From Lama guanicoe (taxonomy: Eukaryota): a DNA stretch of 64,000 nt. The stretch lies in the NCBI GenBank assembly GCA_013239625.1, contig MU054323.1, positions 9,331,186 through 9,395,185 of the forward strand, read 5' to 3'. The position numbers were made by a program, and so were the translations under genes. The notes beneath the pieces were generated by a model. The model searched no databases. It saw only the letters and a program-made list of their open reading frames with translations, and was not told the origin of the DNA. Shown piece by piece: positions 1 to 12,756 of this stretch. Position 1 is the first letter of the stretch; each line of letters begins with the position of its first letter.

Positions 1-1389
1 GAAGGGAGTCAAAAACACCAAAAGAATTTTTATTACATAGAAATATTTCCTTCCTAGCAAGCAGTGTGTGGAGCAATAATGAGCCTAAAAACAATCTTAC
101 ATGGTGGCGGGAGAGGAAGGCAGGGAAATGCGGTGCGGTTGTACAGACTTGGGGCTGGTCCCGAAGCAGCTAGGTCCAGCCAGGGTCCCTTCTACACACC
201 AGCCTGGCACTTTACCTTCCTGTGCATCTGGTCACAGCTCTCTGAGAGGCCAGACAAGTTTCCGTTTCCTCTCTCTAGAAGAGAAACTTGTCAAAGACCG
301 TGGTGCAGATCATTGGTGAAGACAGGCTAGAACCATACTTCCCTAACTGCCAGCGCGTGGCTAAGACCGGAGAGGTATCCGTGGTGTTGAGAAATTGTTT
401 CCCGTGAGGCCAATTACTCAGTCCAGAAAATGTTGCTTTTAGAGTACCCAGTGGTAGCTTAAGCATAGTAGAGCCTCACCACTAAATACTGTCAGTGTAC
501 CTCAACTGTGGATTTGAGAACAGCTTAAAATGGTTATCACATTACAACACACGTGAGGAACCTGCATTTTCTAGCAGCCAAATTGACATTTGGTCCCTCT
601 CATTTGTGATGCCATGCTACCCTCATTTCTTTACTATCATTTCCTTCATTCAGAAATTTGGTCATTTTTAAGCCAAATTAGAAGAGACCTGCAGTTTCTT
701 TAGTTTGTTTCAGACCCATTACCTTTCGGTAGACGGAACCTGCTTCCTCCTCTGGGTGTGGAAATGATACAGCTACCGAAAAGCCACAGGGACGTTTGTG
801 TCAGATGTTCTTAAGATGTGCTTACTGTAGTTTATTTGTTAAACAATTCTGTACTATGCATAAGAATTAAGGTAATAGTACAGAATACGTTTTGTAATTT
901 TTTAGTAATGAGTTAGTAGTAACAAAGTAAAGACAGCCTCAAGTTGTTTATGTTCTTTGGAGGTGAGGAAACAAATACTGAGACTCAACAATGAGCGTTC
1001 CCTAAGATCTTGTGGTGTAATCGTGGTGTGACCGTGGCACATGGTTGTGGGGGAGAAAAAAAGAAAAGCCCAAGCCCTTCACTCTGATGGAAGTGATTTG
1101 CAAGTGAGGAGCAGCTGTACTCCAGCACAATGCATCCGTCAGTTCTAGGTTAGAAGAGTCGCGTTCCTGGGGCGACACCACAGTGCATTCTCAGTATTGT
1201 GCCAACACGTGCTGGTAGTTCTCTGATGTGGCTGAGAACTGGTATTGCATAGCTTTAGGAGAAATGTTTTAAAGATAAAAGACTGAGGAGCAGAAGTAGG
1301 GAAGAGGGAGTACTTCTACCATCTGAATTCTGTTAGTGGTTCTGAGCAGCAGAGGCTGTTACCCCCAGGTCCCTGTCCCGGCTTTCTCA

Positions 1390-1510
1390 CTACGCTGACC
1401 TGGGGTGGGTTATTGAACTCATTTATGCCTTTGTATCTTCTCTAAAGTGAGTATAATACCCACCTCATAGTCTAGTTGTCAGGATGAAATTAAATCATCC
1501 ATGTCCACTT
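1390..1510 (+). mobile_element. MIR SINE fragment
   Basis: gacctgggg...tctaaagtgagtataatacccacctcatag...gttgtcaggatgaaattaa resembles the MIR core. Confidence 0.7.
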
Positions 1511-4500
1511 CATATAATCTCTTTCATGTAAGTCTGCAGACAATGATAGTAGTTTTGAGGTGGTGTTATTTTTGTGGTACCTTAGTTCAAAGGCTTTCAG
1601 GTTTTTTTTTTACTAATAGACTCTAAGCTTGATTAATCCAGTCAACATTACAGGGACTAAAAATGTTCTTTCACCTGGAAACATTCCCCTCATTCTTATC
1701 ATTTCTCTATTCCTTTATACAGCTTCCCTCCTGTTCTAAGTGAAACTCGATTCTTCCCTTCTCTGTGGATGCCTCATTTCCCGCCCCCTACCCCACTTAT
1801 CCTGATTTAAGAAAATATTAAAATGTCACCTTTTGTCCCCCTGCACCATTTTCCTCAAGTGGTCATGCTGACTCTGTCCACTGAGGACTCATTCCCACCT
1901 CTGCAGACAACCCCAGTACCTGGGTCATACCATTTCTCCCGCCTCTGCCATCCTCCCTGCCAGTGTTGGTATGTGAGATGACAGTCCACTCATGACTCTT
2001 CAGCTGACCAGACTCCTCCCACCCCCCTCTCTGCCACCCACCTCCCCTGTTTGCTGTACCTTGTGCTCCATCATCTCTGCTCTGCTTCTTGGATCTCAGT
2101 TCTCCCCTTGGTTTGCAGAGTCTCTTCCATCCAGATCGGTGGCCATGGACCTTTGCCTTGAGCCATTCACTTTGGACACTGCTGATTCTCTGCGCTGCCT
2201 TGTCTTGCCAACCTGCTGCTTCAGTAGCACCTTCATAGCCCTCCTGACCGCATGCTTGGTCCCCTGCGTTCCTTGCTGCATGCTCTTCCCCTTTTTGCAA
2301 TCTGCTGGTAGAACATTATAGAAGAAATTCCCAGAACTATACTGATTTGGTCCACTGCAAATTTGTGATTGTAATTTCATTTTGGGCCCTTATGGCTCAG
2401 TGGTAATTTCCTATCGAGTCTTTAGCATATTCTTTTCAATGGCTAAAAACTGTTTTTCTGTTCTCCGTGTGCTTCCAGTTCTAACTAGCCCACCCTTCCT
2501 CTTGGGAGGTGATCTTGCCACTTACTTGACTGAGGTTATTGATGGCCTCTTGCTACTGTGCATGTCGTCTCATTGTCCCCGGGAGACTGATGGCAAAACG
2601 TTCCCTGGCAGCATTGCGTCTCTGAGGTCTGGTTGAGCCTTTGAGTAACCAGGTGTCTAACTCTTGCCTTTGTCCAGCTTTAGAAAATGGCCATCTTTGA
2701 AATAGATGATGTTTCGTGGATGTATATATTCAGTTATTTGGCGATCTGTATTTACTGAGTATGGTGTACAGATAAAGACAATTAGAAAATTGTAAGGAAA
2801 ATTAGACAGTAAAACACATAGCCCACTCTCCCTTTCTCTAAATTGATAATGAGGTAGAATGCATACCTAACTGAAGTAAAGTTTCATTATTATGCACTTG
2901 GTTCTAACCATAAACTTGGTTACCTTAAAGGCATCCTGCTCTTTCTTATGGTGCAAGGTGGAACAAGGTGCCACTTGATGGGTAGCATGGCTGTCTTTTC
3001 TTTCTGACTCCAGGGGTGTAGTAGCTGCTATTATACACATGAGTGGCAGAAACACAACAATAGCCATACAGAATTTTTCCACTTGCGCTAAACACTTGGA
3101 GAGGGTCTAAAGGCAGAAGAGAAGTAGGAACTACCAAATTGATTAGAATAATGGGTCTGAAAAGGCCTCTCTCTATAGGGTGTATTAAGAGGGAAATCAG
3201 AGCTGGGCTTGGAAGGGAGATGTGTCATTTGATGAGGTAGTGTGCAGAGGACGTCTCAGGGATGTGAGTGGCCATCTTGGCTGGTACAGCCTGAGAGGAG
3301 GTCTCAACTCTGTGGAGAGATGACCACAGACAGGGCATTTCTCTAGAGGAAAATGTAAATGTAAACCGTTGTCAAAGCTTATACACAGATTTGCCCATCA
3401 GTTTTTGTGTGTGTTGAATTGTATTTGAAAGTAGAATTTGAGTGGTATCTATAGCCCAGGCAATTCCTTTCCTCCTTTCTAGAGTTATAGGTCTTGCGGG
3501 AGCCAAGGGGATGTGGGAGGAAAGATACTTCTCATCATTTTGGGTGATTTCCTGAAGAGATAATGATGATGCCTTTTCATGTGCTATTGGCGTTCAGTCT
3601 CTTGCTGGAAAGAGTCATCCTAGAGATTTGATCTGTTAGAGGAATCCAGGGAGCCTAAAGTGTGGACTCTGACAGGTCTGGGACAGTAGTTTAGGGGTCC
3701 TTGTCCATGGTTCATGAAAATGAGCCCTGAGAAGTCCTTCTTCCTTCTCATAGTTTGTTAGGAAACCATGATAAAGAAAGGAACCCAACGTAATCTTAAG
3801 TGTCTCCATTTTTGACGCTTTCCCTGTCCTGCATAATTTATTTTAAAAGACAGAATGAGTATTCCGGCACTCCTGGTGTCATTTTACTTACTGTAGTGTT
3901 AAAAGCAAACCAAACTACTCTCTCTTTAAAAAGTAAAGAGAAGATTGCTCTCACAGAATGAAGAGCAATAAATAGTACTAGAACCAATAAAAGGAAAGCA
4001 TTACCAACGCATTTTTACAAGAAATAACACTTTTCAGCCTCTCTCCTTGGTGCATTTGCTAACTTGAGTACTGCTTTTAAATGTCATTTATAATCAGATA
4101 TAACATAGGGAATGTTTTATATACCACATTTCAGTTTGGAATGAATAGAACATTACTTGTATTGTGTTAACAAATACATAAATATACATTTTTTTCAAGG
4201 TGGATATTAAGGTTTATTGGGCAAAGAGATACTTTGTCTCTTTACTGTTTAACTCAAGTAACAGTAAATCTTTTAAGTCTACCAAAACATGAAGTCGTTG
4301 CACAATGCACGGTACATTATAAACGTATTCTTCAGAAGTGATTTATGCATCTGACTTTTATGGCACTGAATTTCAAAACCTCATAAAGAAGTCGTCTTAG
4401 AGAAATGTCATGCTGACCTGTGTTGAGGGAGAGGTGATCAACTTCATACCAACTTGACTTTCTGAGTTGCAGATGTAGTTGAAAAATCACATACTGCAGG

Positions 4501-6031
4501 TATTCAATAGATGTTTGTTAAGTGAATGAACATTTAGCATATTACTTGGGTTGTATATTAATGATCCTTCTAAAATTCGAGATTTTTAGCCCCAATGACC
4601 AAAGGTTTATTTCTTATGTATCATATTCTGGCTCCTTCCTTTGGGTCAGGCAACCCAAAGAGAATCCTAGTGTTTCTGGGATGTTGCTTCAGGATCATCA
4701 CGAACTACTTGTGTGTACTTTAAAAATTCATATCACAGCATCTTTAATATATGGCGGTTTTAATATTTTGGCATCTCCTACACATTGACTTATCAGGGAA
4801 AATTATGTCTTTATTTTACTTTAAATGAAGTACTGTTTTCAGAGATGATTTCCTTAAATCCATCTGCACTGAAAAAATGTAATTAATCTGACATTTTGTA
4901 AAGGTTTCATTGAATTATATTCTTGTCTTATGCTGCACAAGGATAAGTACGTATACATTTTCAGCTAAGATTGGCTTTAGGATGTGTTAAGGAAAAAAGA
5001 TAACAGTACATATTTTATGATCAATATATTTTAATTAGTCAGTTTCCAAATGAGCCTGTCCATCTGTAAATTGTAGATAGGATATGCCCAAGTGTAGAAA
5101 AAATATGATTTAGAGCTTAGACAAATAGAAGAAAAATTTTGAGTATGTCTGTGTAAAACTCGTATCCGAGAATAGGCTGGTTTGTATGTGACCCGATGTC
5201 CTAACACACTGACACAGGCCTCAGTACAGGGGAAAACTTGACTCAGGCTTTATAACACAAATACCCTTGAGTTCATAGACAGTTTTTTTTTCCTTCCTAA
5301 CTAAATTAATTTAATTTTGTTACTTATTAACCACAGTGAGTTAATTTAGACCCCAAAGTAAACATACCTTCACCTTGGAGGAGCTTAAATTTTCACTCTA
5401 TAGATGGACAAGTTTATCTATGAATACTTGTTTAATGCATGTTGACAGCTGTTTCAGGGTGAACTTTTTTTTTTTGAAGTTTAGCATGGCCTATAGTTCC
5501 CTTTGTGGTTGATTGAGGTATTCTTTTGCTTGAAGGAAGGCAAATGTTGAAATATGCTTTCAAGGGCCTTATTGATGGTCCTAATTTTGTAATTTTACTA
5601 CTCTAAAACTTCACTTAGAAAGAAATGGCAATACAAGAACTTATTTAAGGTTTACTTTTCCCCTCTTCAAATTAATAATTTCAAAAAAAGTTCTTCTGAT
5701 AAGCCCCAAAATGCTCCCGTAAGTCTCCCACAAATGCATCTTTCTTGATTCCAGCATAGTTTCTTGAATTGTTTCTAATGGCTTCATGTATCTTTAGAAC
5801 GTCTGCATTGTCAGCCTACTCTCTAAATTAGAGGAAAATGAATCTTTACCTTGACTTGGTTTTCAGCTGCCTCTTGATATATTTTTGTTTTGAGGATGCA
5901 AAATCAGTTTTAGTATCAGTTTAAGCAAATCTTAATTAGCGGAGAAGCAACTCTGCTGTTGAAACAAAACAAATAAAATCTACCCATGATATTTCTTATA
6001 ATATATCTGCCTGTTCATTTTCTTCTTCTTT

Positions 6032-6215
6032 TTTTATTGAGGTATAGTTGATTTATAATGTTGGGTTAGTTTCTAGTGTACAGCATATTGATTCATATAT
6101 AGATAGATAGATAGATATAGATACAGATATGTTCTTTTTCATATTCTTTTTCATTATAGTTTATTACAAAATGCTGAACATAGTTCCCTGTGCTATATGT
6201 TAGGACCTTCTTGTT
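6032..6215 (-). mobile_element. Artiodactyl-type L1 3' UTR and poly(A) end (non-inverted half of a 5'-inverted L1)
   Basis: T-run then ttattgaggtatagttgatttataatg...tagttccctgtgctata...aggaccttc; homologous to the L1 3' ends at 33545 and 49837. Confidence 0.9.
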
Positions 6216-6440
6216 AGATGTGGTATATTATATAATGGAATATTACTCAGCCATAAAAAGAATTAAATAATGCCATTTACATCAACATGGATGGACCTAG
6301 AGATGATCATATTAAGTAAGCCAGACAATGACAAATGTCATACAGTATCAGTTATATGTGGAATCTAAAAAAAAAGTGATACAAATGAATTTATTTATAA
6401 CACAGAAAGAGACTCACAGACATTGGAAACAAACTTATAC
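6216..6440 (+). mobile_element. L1 ORF2 C-terminus and start of 3' UTR (inverted half of the same insertion)
   Basis: atgtggtata...atggaatattactcagccataaaaag...catggatggacctagag...gtggaatctaaaa is the reverse complement of the L1 segment at about 33820-34050. Confidence 0.9.
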
Positions 6441-6455
6441 CATTTTTTCTTCTTT

Positions 6456-7200
6456 AGTATGGATAAACCAAAGGTGACTGTGCAGGTGGTTTGGACCCTT
6501 TCAATGTGGAGACTCTTACCTTTCAGCTCTAGGAAGTTGTCTTATATTTTTCCTTTGAAATTTACTCCATTCCATTTTCTCTGTTCTTTTTCTCTAGAAC
6601 TCCAGTTTGTTGGATACTGGACGTCTGTGTTTGATTTTTTTTCCTTTTATTTTATTATGCCTCCCTTGGGTCTTTTTGCTTTTTTCATTCTGCTTTCTGG
6701 GAGTTTTTTGTGTGTGTGTGCACTTTATCTTCATTTTTTTCCATTGAATTTTTAAATTTTGCTATCATATTTTTAGGATATTAATTTTTTTTTAATTTGT
6801 TTTTCTGTTTTCTCTGAGTTTCTTCTTTCTTTTGTTAGATGCTTTCCTCAAAAGCCTGGTGGTTCTTTGTATTTAAGAGTGAGATACTAAGTCTGAATAG
6901 AAACTGTGTGCATGTGTATGTGTGTGTGTGTGTGTGAGTGAGTGTGCGTGGGGGGGTGGAGAAGGAGAGAGATCTTTTGTGTATTTGTAGGTGTGTAGTG
7001 TTTGTTAATTAAGGGCTTAACTATCAGGCAGTGATCTATCTTTTTCATTGGGAGATCCTCAAATGCCAGTATCAGTAGGTCTTTTCTGGGGGGATTTTTT
7101 ATTTCTCCAGAGAATGTGTTTGGTCTGGTGCCTGGAGATGGAGGTGGGTGTAAGATCATAGAGGCCTGGTTGCTGATATTCTAGGAGTGAATTTCTGGCT
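6456..7200 (-). mobile_element. Old L1M fragment (ORF1/5' region), containing a (TG)n tract at about 6905-6950
   Basis: ttcagctctaggaagttgtcttatatt...ccattttctctgttctttttctctagaactcc is typical antisense L1M ORF1-region sequence. Confidence 0.55.
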
Positions 7201-7214
7201 TCAGCACTGTGGTG

Positions 7215-7500
7215 TAAAGAGCTAGAACAACATGAATCCCATCATACCACAAGATAAAAGCTGGACAGATTTTCGTGAACCCATCAAAGAGCTCAGGTCA
7301 CAGAACAAATGACCATCCCCAAAATCTGGAAAGAGACTGGGGTCTTCAGGAGACCCAGGACGTAAGCATTCACTTACCCGAGGTAGAAGTTTCTGGTTGC
7401 TTGTAGGACGATGAAACTACAAATTTTGATGGGTTGCTAGAAGCCAAGGCTGTTGAGAACCTGAAGTTCCGGGGCCTGCAGTCATAGAACAGGCCCTCTT
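7215..7500 (+). mobile_element. Old L1M 5'-end-like fragment
   Basis: aaaagctggacaga...gaacccatcaaagagctcaggtcacag...ccccaaaatctggaaagaga resembles L1MC/MD 5' UTR sequence. Confidence 0.45.
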
Positions 7501-8243
7501 ACTCTTTTGCAATCTTATATAAATTTTGAATCAATACCCCTCATTTCATCCCTTCCTCTGATCTCAACTTCCACAGAACCCAGTACCTCTACCTTGCCCT
7601 TTGGGACTTTCTCAGTGTGAAGAAACAAATGGGAATTGCCTTCTCATCAACATGGCCTTCTGCAGCTTAATCTGTCATCTTAACTGGAAGTCTTCTCTGC
7701 AATATATTTTTAACTGAAAATAGCCTGTTACAAAAAAGAGGGTAGAGTATCAATCTCTTTTTTTAAAAAAAAGTATGACTTACACATGTGGAAGTCATAG
7801 ATTGTGGGTGATATTTTTCTTCTATTTATATTTTCTGATTTTTCTGTAATGTCATAAATAAAAAGTGTTTAACAGAATTTTCAGAAAACAGACATATACC
7901 TGTAATTATTCACTACTACTACTTAGAAGATTCTCTTTTTTTCTTTGTTTTTTTTTCAGCTTGTTCTCATCTAACTGTTTAGGATAATAAATGACTGGTA
8001 TTCTACTGAAACTTGACATTTGGGTGCATAAGGTAGTGACACACAGTTCTTTATAGCAGAATCCAGTTGCCTTAAAGCTCACTGTTAGGATCCCCTCCCT
8101 AACCCCAGGGCTTTAAGTTGAACTGCTCTGGAGCTGCAGGTGTGGGAGAAGATGGCCCATGGACTACAATTATCCTCTTCTCCCAGGTACAGGTGGGGCA
8201 GGGTGGCTATTTAATTCCCAGGAAGTTCTGAGCTACTCGATGC

Positions 8244-8422
8244 CAGTGGTGCTCAACCTTGGCTACCCCTGGAGAGCTTTAAAAACTCCCAATGCATAGG
8301 TTGGGAGTTAAATCAGAAGACCAATTAACTCAGAATCTCTGGGGAGGGGACCCAGGCATTCATAGTTTTTACAACTCTCCAGATGATCTCAGTGCACAGC
8401 TGACATCGCGAGTCGCTGCTCT
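8244..8422. mobile_element. MER5A-like hAT-Charlie DNA transposon
   Basis: cagtggtgctcaacctt terminus, cagaatctctgggg...cccaggcat, ctctccagatgatc, ending ...gctgctcta. Confidence 0.8.
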
Positions 8423-8639
8423 AAAGGACAAATTAAGTGCTTTCATTTCTAAGTAGCCCTCTGGGTCTTCAGGGCTAACCTGGAAAAACAGTCTACTTAC
8501 TGCATCTCAATATGCACTTGGTGGGATTCTGTAGCCACTTTGTACCCTTTGACTAACAAGCCATGCTCATTGTGTGTGTGTATGTGTGTGTGTGTGTATC
8601 TGCTTTGATGTGACAGATCTTAAGCAGTAAGAGGAAAGG

Positions 8640-8730
8640 CAGTCTCTTCTGTTTTATTATTATATCCCAGGTGTCTAGAACAGTTCCCATCCTAATAGGT
8701 TATCAAGAATATTTGTAAAATTAATGAATT
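8640..8730 (+). mobile_element. L2 3' end
   Basis: tatatcccaggtgtctagaacagt...aatatttgtaaaattaatgaat, the L2 terminal motif. Confidence 0.65.
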
Positions 8731-9289
8731 CAAATTCTTTTACCTGAAAGGGGACAAAGGATGTTAAATGGTCAAAGCATCATTCCACATTCCTTGATTT
8801 TTGAGAGCTCTTCCAGCCCCAAGCGTGTGGGATTCAGTAAGGAAAGGTGTCTCTGTCATTCCCGTGATGTGAGTGTTCCATGCCCATGCTGTGCACAGGG
8901 CTGTGATGGTTATGATCAAACACACACCTCAGGCTTTGTGCCTGGGAAGAACTAAAGCTCGGAGGCCAGACCTCTGGTGAAATAACAGACATTTCAATAC
9001 AAAAGTGAAAATCCCTGTGAGCCAGACTCACTTTTCCATCTGACCTATGTGTCTCAGCCGTCTCTATCTTCTAGTCATTGTTCTGAATGCAGTAGGCCCT
9101 GAGATGAGTTGAACAAATTCCCTGGTGTTGGTACGTCATTTTAAAATACAACCCTAGGGCCTGATTTTCATTCTTTTCAGATTTTTGATCTTTTCAGTCA
9201 GATTTTGGGCCAGAGCCCAAATGATAGATTTCTGGGTATTATAGTAGATGATGAAGTCCATAAGTACATTTGAGGTTTACAGTAAACAA

Positions 9290-9440
9290 CCTGATGAGGA
9301 AAAAAAATGGATAGTTATTTTATTACCCTTATTTTACAGATGAGGAAACACTTTTAAGGCACTTTGAGTAACTTGCCCAGGTTTGTAGCCAATAGTAGCT
9401 CAGCTGGGACTTCAGTCTGGGTCCTCTGACTTTAAATCTT
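9290..9440 (-). mobile_element. MIR SINE
   Basis: attttacagatgaggaaac...taacttgcccagg...ctctgactttaaa. Confidence 0.8.
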
Positions 9441-9558
9441 GAGTAAGAGGCTTAATATTATACTTGTTACACTGTGGCAGATTGGGTTGATTTTGTACTT
9501 AGTGCAGTGAAGTTAAATACTGTTAAAAGAATTAGTCACAATAAATTAGTTTCAATAC

Positions 9559-9624
9559 CATTAATATCTGTTTTGAAATTACCTGGTAGTTTTCATTAAT
9601 ATTTGTTTTGAAATTACCTAGTAA
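9559..9624. repeat. Two-copy tandem duplication, 35-bp period
   Basis: cattaatatctgttttgaaattacctggtag / cattaatatttgttttgaaattacctagtaa. Confidence 0.9.
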
Positions 9625-10289
9625 TGAAGCTCTGTGGTATTGTTTTGGGGGGTGTGTGCATGTGTGAGTGGATGTCTGTGTGTGTGTGTTTAATGACTTA
9701 GCATTATTTTATAGAAAGATGGGGCATTTGAAGGTGCCCTCCAATGAGTTGGTAGAGCCACTCATTACACATCAGGCAGGATTTTTCATTCTCTAGTGTT
9801 CAGATAATCTTGGAATAATTTTTACCTATCTTTGTTAATAGGAATTATACTTATAACTTCTTAACTCCTAATACATGAGTAAAAGGTAGTAATCAAGAGA
9901 TGGCCAAATGACAGAGTGCTTATATCTGGCACAAAGAACTTAGGCCACTAAGAAAAGTAAATTACCTCTTGTAGTTTCTATTCTCACTGTTGTTTTTATG
10001 TCCTCATTGTCTTTCCTGGAGGTATCACCTATTAGAATATTTGGTTTTGAACTTGAAATAGATAGGTATGCTTCTAGCTCAGGGTCACTCCAAGGGGGTT
10101 ATACTTAAATTTAAGATCTCTATTCTTTAAGATAGATTTATCTTCTGGTTTACCTCTGGAAGACATCCACGTGTAAATTATATGTTTACCCCATATGCTT
10201 GTAATGAGACTAAATACAGAATATTAATTTCCTTGTAGTTTGGTTCCTTTTCAGTTTTTCACTTAGCCTTAATTTAGTTTAGTTGTGAT

Positions 10290-10440
10290 TTAATCATTCC
10301 TTTGTTCACTGGTTCATTCTTTTATCCATCCAGCAAAGGTTTATTGACCAGCTACTATGTATTTCAGGCATTGAATAATACTGGGGCTGAGCCTTCAAAG
10401 TGCTAACAGTTAGTGGGAAAACAGATAAGAAATCAATTAT
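10290..10440 (-). mobile_element. L2 3' end
   Basis: ttcattc...catccagcaaaggtttattgaccagctactatgt...caggcattg. Confidence 0.65.
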
Positions 10441-11162
10441 AATAATTGAGAAGTACAGACTACCTGTGAAATATTTGAACCCAATATGAAAATCAAAGAT
10501 TAATATTGCTGTGAGAGATTGGTAGCATGAATCTACGGGAAACCAGGGGGCTGGAGGAGGGTGGCTAATTTATGAAATGATAAATAAATTTTTATCTGTC
10601 CTGAGCCAGCTTAAGGAACACACTGAAATAGCCAGGAGTATTTTCTAGCCCGTTCAAGGCAGGCCCGAGTTGGATTATCAGAACAATGAGCTGGTTCCCG
10701 CTCAAATTTAATTCAAAAGTTTGAAATCAGATTTGACGAAGTTTTCTATAAAAAAAAGAGTAAAAACAATACAAATATCTATATGTAGGGAAAGAGGTGA
10801 TAAAATTATTTTTAAATTTAGTATTAACGTCTGTAATGAGGAGGATTTATGGTCACTACAGTAAGTGCTTTATTAATTCAGAGACCTTTTCAGTCTTGTT
10901 TGTGGCTGTGCCTGGCCCAGGGTAGGTACTCAATAAATCTTTATTAAATCTCAGTAAATTTAGAGGCATTTTAAAAAATCTAAATATAGATAGAAGGAGA
11001 AGATTGTGTTAGTCACAGAATACATTGCTTTAAGATACTCATGTTGGTCTGACCAAAGTATTCAATTTTTTTAAATTGTAAACTTAAGCATCCTTACAAA
11101 TAAAGAACTTGATGACTATTTGGCTATATTATTACAAGTTAAATGTAGGTTAAATCATATAA

Positions 11163-11440
11163 TTATAGAATGTTAAGAGTAAAAGAGCTTTGGAAATCAT
11201 CTAGCCCAATCTTAAAATTAATGTAAACAAGTAGGTTTTGAGTCATTTATAGGACTCAAAAATTGAAATATATGAACAGGTATACATTGAAAAAACTCAT
11301 CCCCACCCCATTTTCATGTTCCCCCATTACCCTTCTGGTCCCCTATAGGGAATCACTTTTTATTACTTATTCATATATATCTTTCCAGGATTTCTTTATG
11401 CAAGTACATGTATGTATGTATGTATGTATGTATGTATGTA

Positions 11441-11479
<39 letters not shown>

Positions 11480-11965
11480 TCTTATTTATTCTCTTCCTTA
11501 TACAGAGGGTAGCATACTACATACACTATTCTGCATCTGGGGTTTTTTTACTTGAACGTATCTTGGCAATCTTTTCATGCCACTATATAGCTCTCTCTTT
11601 GGTTTCTTTTTTTTTTTTTTCCACGAATGCCTAGTAGTCTGTTATGTGGTTGTATCTTGGCTTCTTTAATCATCTTCTATAGACACCTGGGTAGTTTCCA
11701 AAGTTGGGCTATTATAAATCATGCTGCAGTGAATAACCTGTATATACATCATTTCCTGTGTTTGCTAGTATACTTGTAGGACAAAGTCTTAGAAGTGGGA
11801 TTGCCAGGTCAAAGGATAAACGCATTTGTAATTTTGATGGACATTGCCAAGTTTCCTCCATAGCAGTCCTCTCATTTTAAAGGTGAGGAAACTGAGGCTT
11901 TGGGAGTTGTCACCCATTAGAAGTGGCAAAGTGAGGACATACCTCCAGGAGGCCTTTCCAGACTA
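11163..11965 (-). mobile_element. MIR (11163-11211 and about 11867-11965) interrupted by an old antisense L1M 3' fragment (about 11212-11866)
   Basis: MIR halves ...gaaatcatctagcccaatc | tcctctcattttaaaggtgaggaaactgaggc. The intervening sequence has L1 motifs gctattataaatcatgctgcagtgaata and agaagtgggattgccaggtcaaagg. Confidence 0.75.
11409..11478. repeat. Compound microsatellite (TGTA)n(TG)n
   Basis: Directly visible. Confidence 0.95.
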
Positions 11966-12009
11966 GGTTTGGGTCAGGTACATTTCCTCCACATACCCAT
12001 AATACTCTT

Positions 12010-12160
12010 CATCCCCCTAACAAAGCTTTTATCACATGTGTTACAATTGTTGATTTATTTTCCTGTCTACACGTTCATCACTGTAGTTCTAATACCTAGC
12101 ACAGCACGGGACCTGATGTAGAGTGAGTGCTGAACAAATATTTAATGAATGGATGAACGG
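12010..12160 (+). mobile_element. L2 3' end
   Basis: ttcatcactgtagttctaatacctagcacag...gtgctgaacaaatatttaatgaatggatgaa. Confidence 0.7.
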
Positions 12161-12249
12161 AAGCAAGTTAAGTCTTCTGACTGATTCATAGTCCAGTAAT
12201 CATTCTATTCCACTTGAGACTCTAAAACTCAACCTAAAAAAAAAAAGTC

Positions 12250-12755
12250 AGCTATACATCTAAGTGCAGGATATAGGGATATACTGTGATATCCTGTGAA
12301 AAAGATTTAGGGCATTTCGGATTCATATGAAGAGAATTTGGGAATCAGCTGTCAAAAATCTCATGTAATATAAGACTTCGTTAATGGAAGTGCTGTTTTC
12401 GGAACAAAGGGGGTGATAGTTCCAAAAGCTGTCTGGGCTTTTAAGTAGTAGTATTCTGGGTGCTGCATCCCAAGAGGCATGTAGGTGAAGGAAGGGACTA
12501 ACAGTCGAAGGTGATTAGGTTAGTGAGGGACCTGTCTTTCTCCCAAGTATGTTTAAAGGACAAGGGCTATTTATGTAGGAAAAAAGACAATTTAAGGAAG
12601 AGGTTCTGCTTTTAAATAATTGAGAGGCTTTATATAGAGTGGAAAATTTTTCTCCGTAGTTTCAGAGGGAATAACTGAAACTATTAAGTCAAACTTACAC
12701 ATCTGCAGATTTTAACTCAAAGTAATTAAGTCTGGAAGTGAATGCACTGACTGCT
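12250..12755 (+). mobile_element. L3/CR1 LINE fragment (3' RT region, decayed)
   Basis: gaaaaagatttaggg...ctgtcaaaaa...ttaatggaagtg...ggggtgatagttcc...ttctgggtgctgcat...aggttagtgagggacctg follows the CR1/L3 consensus order as I recall it. Confidence 0.6.
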
Positions 12756-12756
12756 C

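Noticed and set aside
1863..2321. Overlapping 145-aa and 109-aa ORFs
   Set aside because: The pyrimidine-rich sequence resembles decayed L2; there are no splice or homology cues for coding.
7960..8032. Possible cryptic or poison exon (long pyrimidine tract plus CAG; AAG|GTAGTG donor; early in-frame TAA)
   Set aside because: The donor is weak and such pseudo-exons are common in large introns; there is no transcript evidence here.
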